Shown in pieces: positions 10,116-20,892 of a DNA stretch of 64,000 nucleotides (its first letter is position 1; each line of letters opens with the position of its first letter). The notes beneath the pieces were generated by a model, which saw only the letters and a list, made by a program, of their open reading frames with translations, did not search any database and was not told the origin of the DNA. The position numbers were made by a program, and so were the translations under genes. Location: contig OZ252149.1 in NCBI GenBank assembly GCA_965248755.1, positions 2,400,001 to 2,464,000 of the forward strand, given 5' to 3'. Source of the DNA: Candidatus Latescibacterota bacterium. Its GTDB lineage: Bacteria > Latescibacterota > CBDEFO01.

Positions 10116-10973
10116 ATGAATCTTGGTCAAAGGATATATACAAAGAAACAGACGATGGCGCGTCGGGATAAGAAGGGATACAAGATCCCGAAGCCGGGGA
10201 TAGGCAGGAAGGACTCTGCTATATATAGTGTGCGGCGGCATGCCCGTAGGAAGCTCATTTTGATTCTCTTTGCGGCTTTTATTGGCATAAGCGGGATTTT
10301 GAAGCTGAAATCTTATGTGTTGAAATCGTCCTTTTTCAAGGTGGACACGATCAAAGTCGAGAGAAATCGGCTTTTGACAGATTATGAAGTTATCATGTGT
10401 GCAGGGATAGAGGAGGGGAAAGATATCTTCGATATTGATCTTGAGGAAGCTGCGGCCAAAGTAGAGAGTCATTCGATGGTAAAAAGGGCGGGGGTATCTG
10501 TTAAGCTTCCCAGCACTGTCGTAATATCGTTGGAAGAGCGGGAGACGATAGCGTTTTTGGATTTGGACGGGCTCTATCCGGTGGATGCAGAAGGAGTGCT
10601 ACTTCCAGAGATGGACATTTTAGATCTCCCTGATATCCCAATACTTACAGGGATAAAAGACAAGAACTACATGGTTAGTGAACGGCTTTCCTCTGCAAAG
10701 CTTGTGCAGGGCATAAAGTTTGTTGAGGAGCTCAAAAGGGCAGACCCGCTGATGCTGAGTCAGATTTCAAAGATAAGGGTGGAAAGCCCCCAGAGAGTTG
10801 TGTTTTACCTTGTGGGAGACGAGATTGAGGTGAGGGGAAAATGGGATGATGTGGAAAGTCAAGCGAAGAGTTTAAGGGCTCTGCTTGAATATCTACAGAT
10901 TGACTATTTAGAGAGACCTGTCTATGTAGATTTGACATTTAAAGGACGGATTGTCGCAGGATGGAGATCATAG
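10116..10973 (+). CDS. ftsQ: Cell division protein FtsQ/DivIB
   Basis: Basic N-terminus, single TM, POTRA-like region, C-terminal YVDL; between murC and ftsA. Confidence 0.85.
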   Translation: MNLGQRIYTKKQTMARRDKKGYKIPKPGIGRKDSAIYSVRRHARRKLILILFAAFIGISGILKLKSYVLKSSFFKVDTIKVERNRLLTDYEVIMCAGIEEGKDIFDIDLEEAAAKVESHSMVKRAGVSVKLPSTVVISLEERETIAFLDLDGLYPVDAEGVLLPEMDILDLPDIPILTGIKDKNYMVSERLSSAKLVQGIKFVEELKRADPLMLSQISKIRVESPQRVVFYLVGDEIEVRGKWDDVESQAKSLRALLEYLQIDYLERPVYVDLTFKGRIVAGWRS

Positions 10974-10997
10974 TTCTAAAGGAGAGGGGGAAGAAGA

Positions 10998-12239
10998 ATG
11001 GCGAAGGGTGAGATGATCGTCGGCCTTGACATAGGCACGACGAAGATATGTGGCATAATAGCCGAGGTGGATCAGGGAGGCGATCTGAAAATAATCGGGG
11101 TGGGGAATAGCTCCTCGGATGGCTTGAGGCGCGGCGTAGTAGTAAACGTGGACAAGACGGTTCATTCGATTGAAAAGGCAGTAAGGGAAGCTGAATTGAT
11201 GGCTGGGGTGAAGGTGTCTTCTGCTTATGTGGGGATAGCGGGAGATCACATTCGCAGTTTTAACAGCAGGGGTGTGGTGGCTGTGACTGGGAACGACAAT
11301 GAGATAACACAGACAGACGTGAACCGGGTGATAGATCATGCCAAGGCTATAGCGATACCGATAGACAGGGAGATCATACACGTTGTTCCTCAGGAGTTCA
11401 TAGTAGATGATCAGTCAGGGGTGAAAGATCCTGTGGGGATATCGGGTATAAGGCTCGAGGCGGAAGTGCACATTGTGACAGGTGCTGTGGCTTCAGCGCA
11501 GAATATCGTTAAGAGCGTAAGGAGGGCGGGGATGGAGGTTATGGACGTGGTATTAGAGCCCTTAGCTTCGAGCTGTGCAGTACTGTCCGAAGATGAGAAA
11601 GAGATCGGCGTTGGGGTTTTGGACGTGGGAGGAGGTACTACGGATATAGCCATATTTTTTGAAGGGGGCATAAGGCATACCAGCGTCATTGGCTTGGGTG
11701 GACAGAACGTTACGAACGACATAGCTATAGGCTTGAGAACCGCCTGGGGCCAGGCAGAGGAGATAAAGCTGGAATATGGATGCGCTTCTTTGGACGAGGT
11801 GGAAAACGGTGAGACTATAAACGTACCTGGCATCGGAGGTCGTCCGCCGCACGAGGTACCCGGGGTGGAATTAGTGTCTATAATTGAACCGAGGATGCAG
11901 GAGATATTCACTCTTGCTCTGGAAGACATAAAGAAGAATTGGAATTACACGAATGTTCTGGCTTCAGGGATCGTGCTTACGGGCGGAGGTTCTATGCTCA
12001 AGGGTTCTTTAGAGCTTGCAAGCAAGGTGTTCGATATGCCGACAAGGCAGGGAGTTCCCCAAAGGATAACCGGGTTGGTGGATGAGGTTAAGAGTCCTAT
12101 GTACTCGACCGGGGTCGGACTTGTGTTGTACGGGTTTGAGAACTTAGGGACAGAGGGAGCAATGGTGGGCGTCAGGGGAGATGGACTATTTGATGCGATA
12201 TTTGTTAGGATGAAAGAATGGTTGAAAGAGTTTTTCTAA
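10998..12239 (+). CDS. ftsA: Cell division protein FtsA
   Basis: VGLDIGTTKI, DVGGGTTD, VLTGGGS, C-terminal amphipathic WLKEFF. Confidence 0.97.
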   Translation: MAKGEMIVGLDIGTTKICGIIAEVDQGGDLKIIGVGNSSSDGLRRGVVVNVDKTVHSIEKAVREAELMAGVKVSSAYVGIAGDHIRSFNSRGVVAVTGNDNEITQTDVNRVIDHAKAIAIPIDREIIHVVPQEFIVDDQSGVKDPVGISGIRLEAEVHIVTGAVASAQNIVKSVRRAGMEVMDVVLEPLASSCAVLSEDEKEIGVGVLDVGGGTTDIAIFFEGGIRHTSVIGLGGQNVTNDIAIGLRTAWGQAEEIKLEYGCASLDEVENGETINVPGIGGRPPHEVPGVELVSIIEPRMQEIFTLALEDIKKNWNYTNVLASGIVLTGGGSMLKGSLELASKVFDMPTRQGVPQRITGLVDEVKSPMYSTGVGLVLYGFENLGTEGAMVGVRGDGLFDAIFVRMKEWLKEFF

Positions 12240-12258
12240 GTTTTCAGTAAGGTTAATA

Positions 12259-12455
12259 GTCAAGGGGAATCTAACTTCAGAAAGGGGGAAGGCGCATTCC
12301 TCTCCCGCATAAATGAAGTAGATAGCATCTCGCGATTGAACTCCCAACTGAATCTGTTGGGGGTCGGGCGTAGACAGGACACCTCCTCCACTACCTGTGC
12401 TGTCTACTATACACTGTCTACTTATTTAATGTGGGAGTCGCCTGCGCTAAATTCT
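12259..12455. mobile_element. Miniature IS200/IS605-like (IscB/TnpB-type) remnant carrying a nested hairpin insert; related end at 67-92
   Basis: GTCAA...GCGCATTCCTCTCCCGCATAAATG-[insert]-ATGTGGGAGTCGCCTGCGCTAAATTCT abuts ATGAA; near-identical 3' end before ftsI. Confidence 0.5.
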
Positions 12456-13622
12456 ATGAATTTTGTAATCGCAGATAGCGGCGTGCGGGCTAAGATGAAA
12501 GTGGTGGGGGTGGGGGGAGCGGGCGGAAACGCTGTAAATAGGATGGTAACAGCCGGGCTTAAAGGAGTTGAGTTTATAGCTATCAACACAGATCATCAGG
12601 TCTTGGAGCCGTCCCTGGCAGACAAGAAGGTGCAGATCGGGAACAATGTGACAAGGGGGCTAGGGGTGGGAGCAAAGCCGGACGTGGGGAGACAGGCAAT
12701 AGAGGAAGACAGGGATCAGGTAGCCGATGGGCTTGCCGACGCGGACCTGGTCTTTGTGACAGCTGGGATGGGGGGTGGAACAGGGACAGGGGCGTCTCCT
12801 GTGGTGGCCGAGATAGCCAGGCATTTAGGGGCTTTAACGATTGGGATTGTGACATTGCCGTTTGTGTGCGAGGGAAAGACGAGGATGAAATACGCTCATG
12901 ATGGGATCGCCAATTTAAAGGAAAAGGTGGATACTCTGATAGCTATACCCAATGAGAAGCTCCTGTCTATAACGGCTAAGGATACGCCTCTTCAGGAAGC
13001 CTTCAGGATGGCGGATGACGTGTTGCTTCAGGCTACCAAGGGAATTTCGGATCTAATCGCTTATTCAGGGATCATCAACCTGGATTTTTCGGATGTGAAG
13101 ACGGTTATGTCTGAAGGAGGGGATGCTTTGATGGGGACAGGGTGCGCGGGTGGAGAAACAAGGGCTGAAGAAGCAGCGGAAAGGGCTATAAAGAACCCGC
13201 TTTTGGAAGATGTTTCGATTGAGGGGGCAAAGGCTGTCCTTGTTAATATTTCGGGCAGCAGCAATTTAACTTTGCACGAGACTACCGCCGCTACAATGGT
13301 AATTAACGAGGCTGTCGGGGATGACGCTGAGATCATCCTAGGGGCGGTAATAGATGAGGCCCTTGGGGATGAGGTAAGAGTCACGGTCATCGCCACGGGA
13401 TTCAACAAGACAGAAAACAAGGATAGGTCGGCAGAAGTACAGATAGGTGACCTCCCGCATCAAAGATCTCGTTCTATGGAACTTCCGACTTATATAAGAA
13501 AGAGCCGGCAGGCCTCGGAATTAGAACAGGAAAATGAGAAGGTGGTAGAGGAAGAAGCAGCAAACGACTTGGATTTGGATAAATTAGATTACCCCACATT
13601 TATGAGAAAAAAAATGGTATAG
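12456..13622 (+). CDS. ftsZ: Cell division protein FtsZ (ATG 12456 preferred over the ORF-track start 12336)
   Basis: [27 protein letters not shown]-terminal LDYPTFMRK. Confidence 0.97.
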   Translation: MNFVIADSGVRAKMKVVGVGGAGGNAVNRMVTAGLKGVEFIAINTDHQVLEPSLADKKVQIGNNVTRGLGVGAKPDVGRQAIEEDRDQVADGLADADLVFVTAGMGGGTGTGASPVVAEIARHLGALTIGIVTLPFVCEGKTRMKYAHDGIANLKEKVDTLIAIPNEKLLSITAKDTPLQEAFRMADDVLLQATKGISDLIAYSGIINLDFSDVKTVMSEGGDALMGTGCAGGETRAEEAAERAIKNPLLEDVSIEGAKAVLVNISGSSNLTLHETTAATMVINEAVGDDAEIILGAVIDEALGDEVRVTVIATGFNKTENKDRSAEVQIGDLPHQRSRSMELPTYIRKSRQASELEQENEKVVEEEAANDLDLDKLDYPTFMRKKMV

Positions 13623-13673
13623 ACATAAAGTCATATAACAGCAGACATCGGCGGCGGCGCCCTGCCTACTTGT

Positions 13674-15791
13674 CTATAGATCCCTGCTCGTGACTCTTGA
13701 CAGTGCAATTTCCATGACCATAAAGAGCAGGGCGGCGATAAGAAACTCTCTCCAAAGTTCCCTGCCGTATCTAAATTGCACAACAGCGTCCACTATGGAC
13801 TCGTCAGGACGTATGATCCTAAACTGTAGTCCCTCGAAGATACGGTTCAACTTTGCGTCGTCTATCCTTCTGGGGTTCGATTCAGATGCGACGACGTTTA
13901 CAGCAAATCTTTCGAGCTCTTTGCCTTCTGAGCGGATGCGCCATATCCCGGGATATTCCACGTTTCCGACCTTCCACGTACTTCCGAGTCGCTCGCCGAT
14001 TCCGTCTTTTTTTTGAGGCCAAATTATTGATCTTTCACCGACAGGGTTTTCGGCAATGACCTGATCTTTGCTATCTATGTGGGGGATCTCTCTTTTCACA
14101 TCCTCTCCGACCAAATGCTGGCTCTTTTCGGCCGATGGAGCCGAAAGGTACTGGATAATTCTGCTGAACAGAGGGAGGAATATACCTCTCAGGGGCAAGT
14201 CCGCCCACTTTAAGTCCAGCGAACTGGTGTAGAGGATGACTTTGGCTCTTTTATCTCCTATGTCGCAGATAGCCGGAAGGCCGTTTTTGTAGCGGGCGAC
14301 GGTTCGGACTTGGGGAGATGAAAGGGTGCTGTATAGTACATAGAATTTAGGAGAAATAATGGAGTTTTCTTCTGTAATATTTCTAAAGAGCGGGTGATCC
14401 ACGTCTATTTCCCCGAGCGAGTAGTAGGATGCCCCACCTCCGGCGATTCCGATGGGGGATTTGAGTCTTATGTCTGATAAGTTTGTAAGGAGTTTCTCGT
14501 TGTAGAATCTGGGGTTTACCTTGTCACCAAGTGAGATCAAAAGTCCCTTTCCGCTTTTGAGGTGTGAACGCAGAAGGCCAAGTTGATAAGAGGGCAGCTG
14601 AGGGACGTTGGAGAGGACTATTACGTCGCTTTCCTGTATAGTTTTATCGGACAGGCGATCATAAGTGATCTGGGACATTCTTATCGAGCCGTTCTTCTGG
14701 ATGGAAGAGAACGCTTTACCGATAAAATAGGTATCCTGCTGATCTCCTCCTACCAGAAGGACATCTATTTTCTTGGGAACGGCGATAACGAAAAAGCGTC
14801 TGTTGTCGCTGGATAGAGCGTCGTCTCCTATCTGCACGTATCCCTCTATCTGGCCGCCGTTTTGAGGCACAAATCTGAGAAAGACAACCCCCGACTTTCC
14901 ACTCTCAAGGTCTATCAAGGCCTGGTCCCTGCGTTTTCCGTCTATATACAGATGAACCGGAAAAGCAGAGATAGGCTTTTCCCCGTAGTTAGTAATCTGG
15001 GCCTTAATAGTAATCGGTTTTCCGACGGATAGTAGCTCATGCTCCGGTTCAATTCTATCTATACTTACGTTATCGCAGTGCAGATCAGGTGTTGGAACGA
15101 TGTAAAAGGAGATGCCTGCAAAGTCAGTGTGTAAGGACTCTGTTGAAAGTGCCACCGTTCCCGATATTATCTCCGACCATGCGTTTTGTGCCAGATCGGT
15201 GAAGATGTAGACTTCTTTGTTGACATCAGTGGATCGTTTAAGGATCTTTTTGGCTTCCTTCAAAGCAGCAGTTATGTCTGTGGAACGATAAGTTATCTGT
15301 GATTCAGTAAGGGCGTCCTTAAGGGCGGCTATATCTTCCGTAAGGTCCAATTGGTTGGGGCCTATTCGGTCGGAGAACGTCAAAAAGGCGATGCGGCTTT
15401 CTGTATCAAGCATATTCAAAAGTTCGAGGGCTTTCGTCTTTGAAAAATCAAATGCGCTCTCTCCTGCTGTCCTTTTTCCCATACTGTAGGAGTTATCGAG
15501 GAAAATGACAGCAGAGACAGAAGATGCTGAGGTGGGATTTGCCTCTTTGAGCGTGGGACGGGAGAAAGCCAGGACAATCAGCGCTATTATGAGGGTCCGG
15601 AGGATAAGTAGAAGGATGCGTCTTATCTTAAACTTTCGTATCCTGTCCTTTTGTAGTTTCCTCAAGAATTGCACGTTGCTGAATCTGACTGTCTGGGGTC
15701 TTCGGCGGTTGAAAAGGTGAATGAGGATAGGGATCGAAGCGGCAAGAAGACCTGCAAGGAATGTGCTATTGAGAAATGAGATATTAAACAT
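13674..15791 (-). CDS. BatA-like N-terminal double-TM / vWA domain protein
   Basis: PILIHLFNRR...LLLILR..LAFSRP; MIDAS DNSYSM; DN+R motif; C-terminal ELW TM. Confidence 0.85.
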   Translation of the reverse strand: MFNISFLNSTFLAGLLAASIPILIHLFNRRRPQTVRFSNVQFLRKLQKDRIRKFKIRRILLLILRTLIIALIVLAFSRPTLKEANPTSASSVSAVIFLDNSYSMGKRTAGESAFDFSKTKALELLNMLDTESRIAFLTFSDRIGPNQLDLTEDIAALKDALTESQITYRSTDITAALKEAKKILKRSTDVNKEVYIFTDLAQNAWSEIISGTVALSTESLHTDFAGISFYIVPTPDLHCDNVSIDRIEPEHELLSVGKPITIKAQITNYGEKPISAFPVHLYIDGKRRDQALIDLESGKSGVVFLRFVPQNGGQIEGYVQIGDDALSSDNRRFFVIAVPKKIDVLLVGGDQQDTYFIGKAFSSIQKNGSIRMSQITYDRLSDKTIQESDVIVLSNVPQLPSYQLGLLRSHLKSGKGLLISLGDKVNPRFYNEKLLTNLSDIRLKSPIGIAGGGASYYSLGEIDVDHPLFRNITEENSIISPKFYVLYSTLSSPQVRTVARYKNGLPAICDIGDKRAKVILYTSSLDLKWADLPLRGIFLPLFSRIIQYLSAPSAEKSQHLVGEDVKREIPHIDSKDQVIAENPVGERSIIWPQKKDGIGERLGSTWKVGNVEYPGIWRIRSEGKELERFAVNVVASESNPRRIDDAKLNRIFEGLQFRIIRPDESIVDAVVQFRYGRELWREFLIAALLFMVMEIALSRVTSRDL

Positions 15792-15820
15792 ACTAAATTA
15801 CCCTTTGGAAGAACCTGTTG

Positions 15821-16744
15821 CTATGCTGGAATTCTAACTTTAAGCGCTTTAGGGATTATCCTTAAGCTCAGTTCCTCAGGGCCGTCTTGGGGCTCTCCAT
15901 CGATATGGAAGGGCCCCGGCTTTTTGCGTATGATCGTAAGTTTCTCTGATTGGTGCGTATGATAATGGGGCATCTTTTTTATTTCTCCTGAAAAGAGTTT
16001 GTGCCAGTGGAGAAGAGCGGCGGCGGGGCTGATCTTACCGAGGATGCATATATCCAAGAGTCCGTCAAAAGGGGAGGCATCGGGAGCTATTATCGCGCCG
16101 CCGCCATATTGGCAGGTATTGGCTGCGGTCACAATGAGGGGGCTGGTGGACATACTCTTTTTGCCCATCTGCAGCGTTATCTCTTCAGGTTCGAAAGAGA
16201 AGGTATTTTTTACGGTCAGATAGATATAAGGGAGCATGCCGCGCCATTTTTTGAACTCACGATTGTACTCCCAGCTTATAAGGGCGTCGAGTCCGACTCC
16301 GGCTGTGGCAAAGAAATATCTGGACGTTGCACACGGCGTGAACGTTCCACCTTCCACCTGTCCTACGTCTATTTTTTCATCTCGGCCTTCTATAATTGTT
16401 TGACAGGCAATCTTCAGATTTAGAGGAATCTTCATGCTCCGGGCAAAGCCGTTGCCAGAACCCATGGGTATCACACCCAAAGGTATATCGGTATTTACAA
16501 GTGCCGATGCGACTTCGTTGACTGTGCCGTCGCCTCCGACTGCCACGACGACGTCGCTTCCGTCAGATAGAGCCTCGGCGGACAACTGGGTTCCTCCTCC
16601 CTTCGTCTTTATCGTTTTTAAATCGCAGTCGATCCCCGAGTCAGTCTGTGAGGACTTTGAGAGGAATTGTTCTATCGAGGACAGCCCGCGATTGCGCCGT
16701 TTTCGGCTCCCGGCTGTTGGATTTATGATGAATGTGACTTTCAA
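15821..16744 (-). CDS. Diacylglycerol kinase family lipid kinase (YegS/DagK-like)
   Basis: IINPTAG, GGDGTVNEV, PMGSGNGFAR, HIDGEP. Confidence 0.92.
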   Translation of the reverse strand: MKVTFIINPTAGSRKRRNRGLSSIEQFLSKSSQTDSGIDCDLKTIKTKGGGTQLSAEALSDGSDVVVAVGGDGTVNEVASALVNTDIPLGVIPMGSGNGFARSMKIPLNLKIACQTIIEGRDEKIDVGQVEGGTFTPCATSRYFFATAGVGLDALISWEYNREFKKWRGMLPYIYLTVKNTFSFEPEEITLQMGKKSMSTSPLIVTAANTCQYGGGAIIAPDASPFDGLLDICILGKISPAAALLHWHKLFSGEIKKMPHYHTHQSEKLTIIRKKPGPFHIDGEPQDGPEELSLRIIPKALKVRIPA

Positions 16745-16798
16745 TCGAGTCTGCTTTCAAAATCCTTTCAAGAGATGAAGAGGCATCATCCAGCGGCA

Positions 16799-17446
16799 TC
16801 ATCCTATGTCCAAAATATCCCATACTTTGGCTTCTGCATATCGTCTTAGCCTCTTATCGGGATTTAATGCTACCGGGTGTCCCACCTTTTCCATGGCAAA
16901 TCGGTCGGAGAAGTGATTGGCATAAAAGAATGAATGCTTAAGGTCAAAATTGTGCTTTTTTTGCAATTGGTCAAGAATTGTCACTTTTTGCAGACCATAA
17001 GGATGCAGACCGCTGATGTTCCCGGTGAGTATTCCGCCTTCCACCTTCAGATCAGTTCCCCGGTAATCATCGAATAAGAGTGTCTCTGCAAAAACCTCCA
17101 GAATGCAGGAAAGAGTTCCAGAAAGAAGAATCATCGTAGTATCATTTTGTCGATGAGATGTGATAATATCACGCATGGCTTGTGGTATGAGTATATTTAT
17201 TCTTTGAGAAAAATAGTGTTGGATAATCTTCTTTAGGTGTGCATCGGTTAAACCAGTGAGATAATATTTATTCATATATACCATTTGTTCCCACGAGCCG
17301 ATATGAAATAGAAGAGATCGTAATGCCCTTCCCAAATTGACGAACCCTATCTCTTTCCTTTTAAGAAGATAGCGGAGTAAAAGCCGTTCGGCACTTGTGT
17401 TCGGTATGAGTGTGCCGTCCAGATCAAACAGCGCGGCTGGTATCAT
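16799..17446 (-). CDS. HAD-IB family phosphatase
   Basis: FDLDGTL, SG motif II, VGHPVALNPD. Confidence 0.88.
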   Translation of the reverse strand: MIPAALFDLDGTLIPNTSAERLLLRYLLKRKEIGFVNLGRALRSLLFHIGSWEQMVYMNKYYLTGLTDAHLKKIIQHYFSQRINILIPQAMRDIITSHRQNDTTMILLSGTLSCILEVFAETLLFDDYRGTDLKVEGGILTGNISGLHPYGLQKVTILDQLQKKHNFDLKHSFFYANHFSDRFAMEKVGHPVALNPDKRLRRYAEAKVWDILDIG

Positions 17447-17455
17447 CGGTGCCGC

Positions 17456-18106
17456 CTAATCGGTTATATCCTTTGGATACATTTTTGAAAAGAGAATTTC
17501 TTTCCCATCCCATAAAACCGGGAGTCCCCTCAAAATACACATGAGCACAGTCAGGTAGGCGATAATCTGACTTATCAGCCCTAAAATAGTGGTCGTGTTG
17601 TCACTAATCGACCAGCTGTACGTGGATATGGCTTTAGCAAAAAATATCAGAAAACCGAGATAGACAAACAGAACCGCCTTCATTACGCCGTAAAGTCCCC
17701 TGCTGAATCGGGATGCGACAAGAAAACGTGTTATCGATGTTTTCATCATGGTCTTTTCACCAAAGGGTGTTTTGCCCTCTTTGAATGCCGCTGTTCTGAC
17801 GTTGTCGGAGAGCAATCCCCGCGTCACAATAACCATCGGTATCCAAAAGGAGATAAGTCCGATAACTGCAAAGTAGATCCACAGAACCGCTTCAACAATT
17901 CTGTCTCCAACAATATCAAAGAGTGCGCCGCAATCGGACGCTACCTTGAATTTTCGTGCCACGTAGCCATCAAAGGCATCCAGATAGAGGACAAGAACCA
18001 CAAGGATGGTTGATATTGCATTCCCATAAACCCACCCGATTTCAAACAAACCAACTGCTAAGAAAACAAGGCATATCCGGAACAATGTAATAATATTAGC
18101 TTCCAT
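17456..18106 (-). CDS. CDP-alcohol phosphatidyltransferase
   Basis: ANIITLFR; DAFDGYVAR...GALFDIVGD signature. Confidence 0.92.
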   Translation of the reverse strand: MEANIITLFRICLVFLAVGLFEIGWVYGNAISTILVVLVLYLDAFDGYVARKFKVASDCGALFDIVGDRIVEAVLWIYFAVIGLISFWIPMVIVTRGLLSDNVRTAAFKEGKTPFGEKTMMKTSITRFLVASRFSRGLYGVMKAVLFVYLGFLIFFAKAISTYSWSISDNTTTILGLISQIIAYLTVLMCILRGLPVLWDGKEILFSKMYPKDITD

Positions 18107-19124
18107 TATGGTATATGGGTAGAGTAATGGTGAATGTCGTCCCCACTCCGACTTGACTTTCCACTTTTATGTCTCCGCCGTGGTTATGGACGATATTGTA
18201 GCTCGTTGACAATCCTAAGCTCATCCCCACCCTGGAGCTCTTCGTAGAGAAGTTGGGATCAAAGATGCTCTCCAACCTTTCAGACGGAATCCCCCTCCCT
18301 GTGTCGGAGATCTTAACGTAGACGTTCGCATCGTCTGATGAAGTCTCTATCTTGATCGTACCTTTGTCTTCTATGGCCTGAGAGGCGTTTATTAACAGAT
18401 TCATAAATACCTGATTCAGCTGGCCGGGATAACAGTAGATCTCAGGAATCTGTCCGCACTCTGTGATCACGGTGACTCTGTCTCTTATTTGGTGATCGAT
18501 CAGTGTAAGCGTACTCTTAAGACCTTCGTGTATGTCGACCTTTTGGAACTCCGCTTCGTCCAAGCGGGAGAAGTTCTTGAGGCTGTTGACGATTTTAACT
18601 ATCCTATCGGTAGCGGTCGCAGCGACCTGGTTATTGTTTTTAAGCGTTTTTATCAACTGGTGAAATTGCTCGTTATTTTTGAGTTCATCCAACGATTCGC
18701 TCTTTTCCACAGCTTCGATTATCCTTTTGATACAGCGGATGGAGACATCGGAGGAACTGTTGGCCGCGCCTACCGGGTTGTTCATCTCGTGTGCAACACC
18801 GGCCGCCAGTTTTCCTAAAGAGGCCATCTTTTCCGCCTGGATCAGTTGCGTTTGCACTGCTCTATACTGCCGCCAGAACTGCTCGGCGAGTGCCATCGTG
18901 AAGCCCACACCAACCAGAACCACCGCTGCGGGAATCAGGTAGGCACGAACCCACGTCTCTTCCCGAAGCAGATAGCTCAGGGACAAGTATACCCCCAGAA
19001 CAGCTGCACCGTAGATCCATGCAATAGCCATTGTCCACTGGAACCGATGCAGGGCCATCCGCGCGCTTAGGTACACGAGGATGATGACAGATAAAAGCTG
19101 GATCAGAAACGGAGGTTTCAGCAC
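18096..19124 (-). CDS. Membrane sensor histidine kinase
   Basis: 3 TM segments; EKMASLGKLAAGVAHEMNNP, NQVFMNLLINA, DTGRGI, GLGL. Confidence 0.88.
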   Translation of the reverse strand: MLKPPFLIQLLSVIILVYLSARMALHRFQWTMAIAWIYGAAVLGVYLSLSYLLREETWVRAYLIPAAVVLVGVGFTMALAEQFWRQYRAVQTQLIQAEKMASLGKLAAGVAHEMNNPVGAANSSSDVSIRCIKRIIEAVEKSESLDELKNNEQFHQLIKTLKNNNQVAATATDRIVKIVNSLKNFSRLDEAEFQKVDIHEGLKSTLTLIDHQIRDRVTVITECGQIPEIYCYPGQLNQVFMNLLINASQAIEDKGTIKIETSSDDANVYVKISDTGRGIPSERLESIFDPNFSTKSSRVGMSLGLSTSYNIVHNHGGDIKVESQVGVGTTFTITLPIYHNGS

Positions 19125-19297
19125 GATATGCGTCTCATCTGTAGTTTACGTCGGCATCAAAGGAGATCGTCAAAGTCCGAGGTGTTCTGTGTAGAAAAAG
19201 GATCCCATGGGGGAAACGAGCGGAGACGATCCACTCGCACCGATGGATCTAATCGATCTTTCTCCAACCTTCTTCATCAACATCTGTGTGATACGTA

Positions 19298-20197
19298 TTA
19301 CCTATCCCGCGATGACTTGAACGGCGCGTAGTCTATCTTGAACGGCTGCTTGAGCCGTGCTTCCAGTGCCAGCAGATCTGGTCGGTTAGTCGGCACATCC
19401 TTCTCGGTGTGTCCGTCAGGGTAAACCGTCACGATTGTCGTGACCCCCAAGAACATCTTCTTTGCCCTGGCTCGCGTCACCTGCAGCCCGTCCTGGGAGA
19501 TTGCCATCCGGGACTCTACTACACGGCCCTCCCCGATCATCCGAAACAGGAACCCCAGGACACCGGACGTGGGTCTGCCTGTAAGCCCTTTGATGTTATC
19601 GTAGACAACCATATCCCCGAAATCGAGCAGCCGGTAGGTGATCATCCGCTTGTTCGTCACCTTCAGGTGCGGTGTTGACAGCGTGTCTTGATAAGAATAT
19701 TTGGTCGGACCGCCCTTCGTCTTCGGCCACCAGATCATTACGTTCACAGCCTGCTCGGGCCAGGGACCCTTTTTCACCTTCCGGATGACGCGGTCGGCCC
19801 GGTAGTCGATTTCCATTCGCTGCCCGTGCCGATAGGCAAGGAGCACGTATGTAGGTGCTTCTTCAACGGTCAGGCCAGTCACCTTCAGGAAAGCGTGAAA
19901 CCAGTCCTCAGGCTCTACAAACAGGGGAAGGCCTTCCGGATCATGCGCCCTTGCCTGCCGGGCCAGGCTTAACAGAACCTCTGCCTGGAACCGCCCCCCA
20001 TTGGTTGTCGCGGTAGGATCGTAACATTTGTGCTGCCTCATCGCCTCCAGGAGGTCCTGCCGGCTCACCTGCCGATTTTCCCAGGAGGACGACGCTTGTG
20101 CAGTACGGACCTGCACGGACAGGAGACATGCGGCAACAAAACCGCAGGCGATCAGAAAGATCACGTCCCAGTGACCGTGTAGGCTGTGCTTGCACAA
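19298..20197 (-). CDS. Hypothetical exported protein
   Basis: 299-aa ORF with signal-peptide-like N-terminus; visibly higher GC than the flanks. Confidence 0.65.
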   Translation of the reverse strand: MCKHSLHGHWDVIFLIACGFVAACLLSVQVRTAQASSSWENRQVSRQDLLEAMRQHKCYDPTATTNGGRFQAEVLLSLARQARAHDPEGLPLFVEPEDWFHAFLKVTGLTVEEAPTYVLLAYRHGQRMEIDYRADRVIRKVKKGPWPEQAVNVMIWWPKTKGGPTKYSYQDTLSTPHLKVTNKRMITYRLLDFGDMVVYDNIKGLTGRPTSGVLGFLFRMIGEGRVVESRMAISQDGLQVTRARAKKMFLGVTTIVTVYPDGHTEKDVPTNRPDLLALEARLKQPFKIDYAPFKSSRDR

Positions 20198-20783
20198 TCT
20201 GTCCCCCTTCCAGCATGGCGACTCGGATCGTCTTTGGTTGGGCGAAAACAGGTAAACCGGACTCCCGCTATGTCGCGGCTAATTTTACTTTACTCCATCC
20301 CCTCCCACTCATGTGCCAACATAGCCATGAACACGGCCATCAACTCGATCCCATCGACCACGATTGAAGTGAACACCACCGCTACTGCTGTCTTCGCCTT
20401 ATCTAACTTGAATAGCTTAATGGACTTGACATCCTTCCAAGAGATTTTAACCGGCACATAAGGTTTTCCACGGAGCCCTCCTTCACTAGGAAAAAAATGA
20501 GTGTCTGTTCGGTCATACGGCGAATACGTCCTGAGACGGTAGAGCCGTCATGTAGCGTCACTATGACCTGATCTCCGGATTTGGACGTGTTGGGCGAATA
20601 GGCGGGAGAGAAGGACGCGTTGTGGGAATTTTAAGACCAGCAGATCTACAACTATCAGGGGCATGACGACAGGGGCCGACTGCTTCAAATACATCAAGTA
20701 GCGTCACAGTCCTTTCAAGCCACGGTTCCTTGACAACTTACAGGCAACACCCCAAGCCCGAATTTCATACAAGTACAGCGAAG

Positions 20784-20892
20784 AATTGTTTTATTGAGGA
20801 TAGCGCACGCTTGCACCGTTTTCGACTCCCGGCTGTTGGATTTATGATGAAGTTGACTTTCAATTGAGCCTGCTTTCAAAATCCTTTCAAGA
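20784..20892 (-). repeat. Diverged copy of 16665-16773 (5' end of the lipid kinase gene plus upstream sequence)
   Basis: Shared CTCCCGGCTGTTGGATTTATGATGAA..TGACTTTCAAT.GAG.CTGCTTTCAAAATCCTTTCAAGA. Confidence 0.85.

Noticed and set aside
12336..12455. N-terminal extension of FtsZ
   Set aside because: Derived from the inserted repeat element; FtsZ-like sequence starts at ATG 12456
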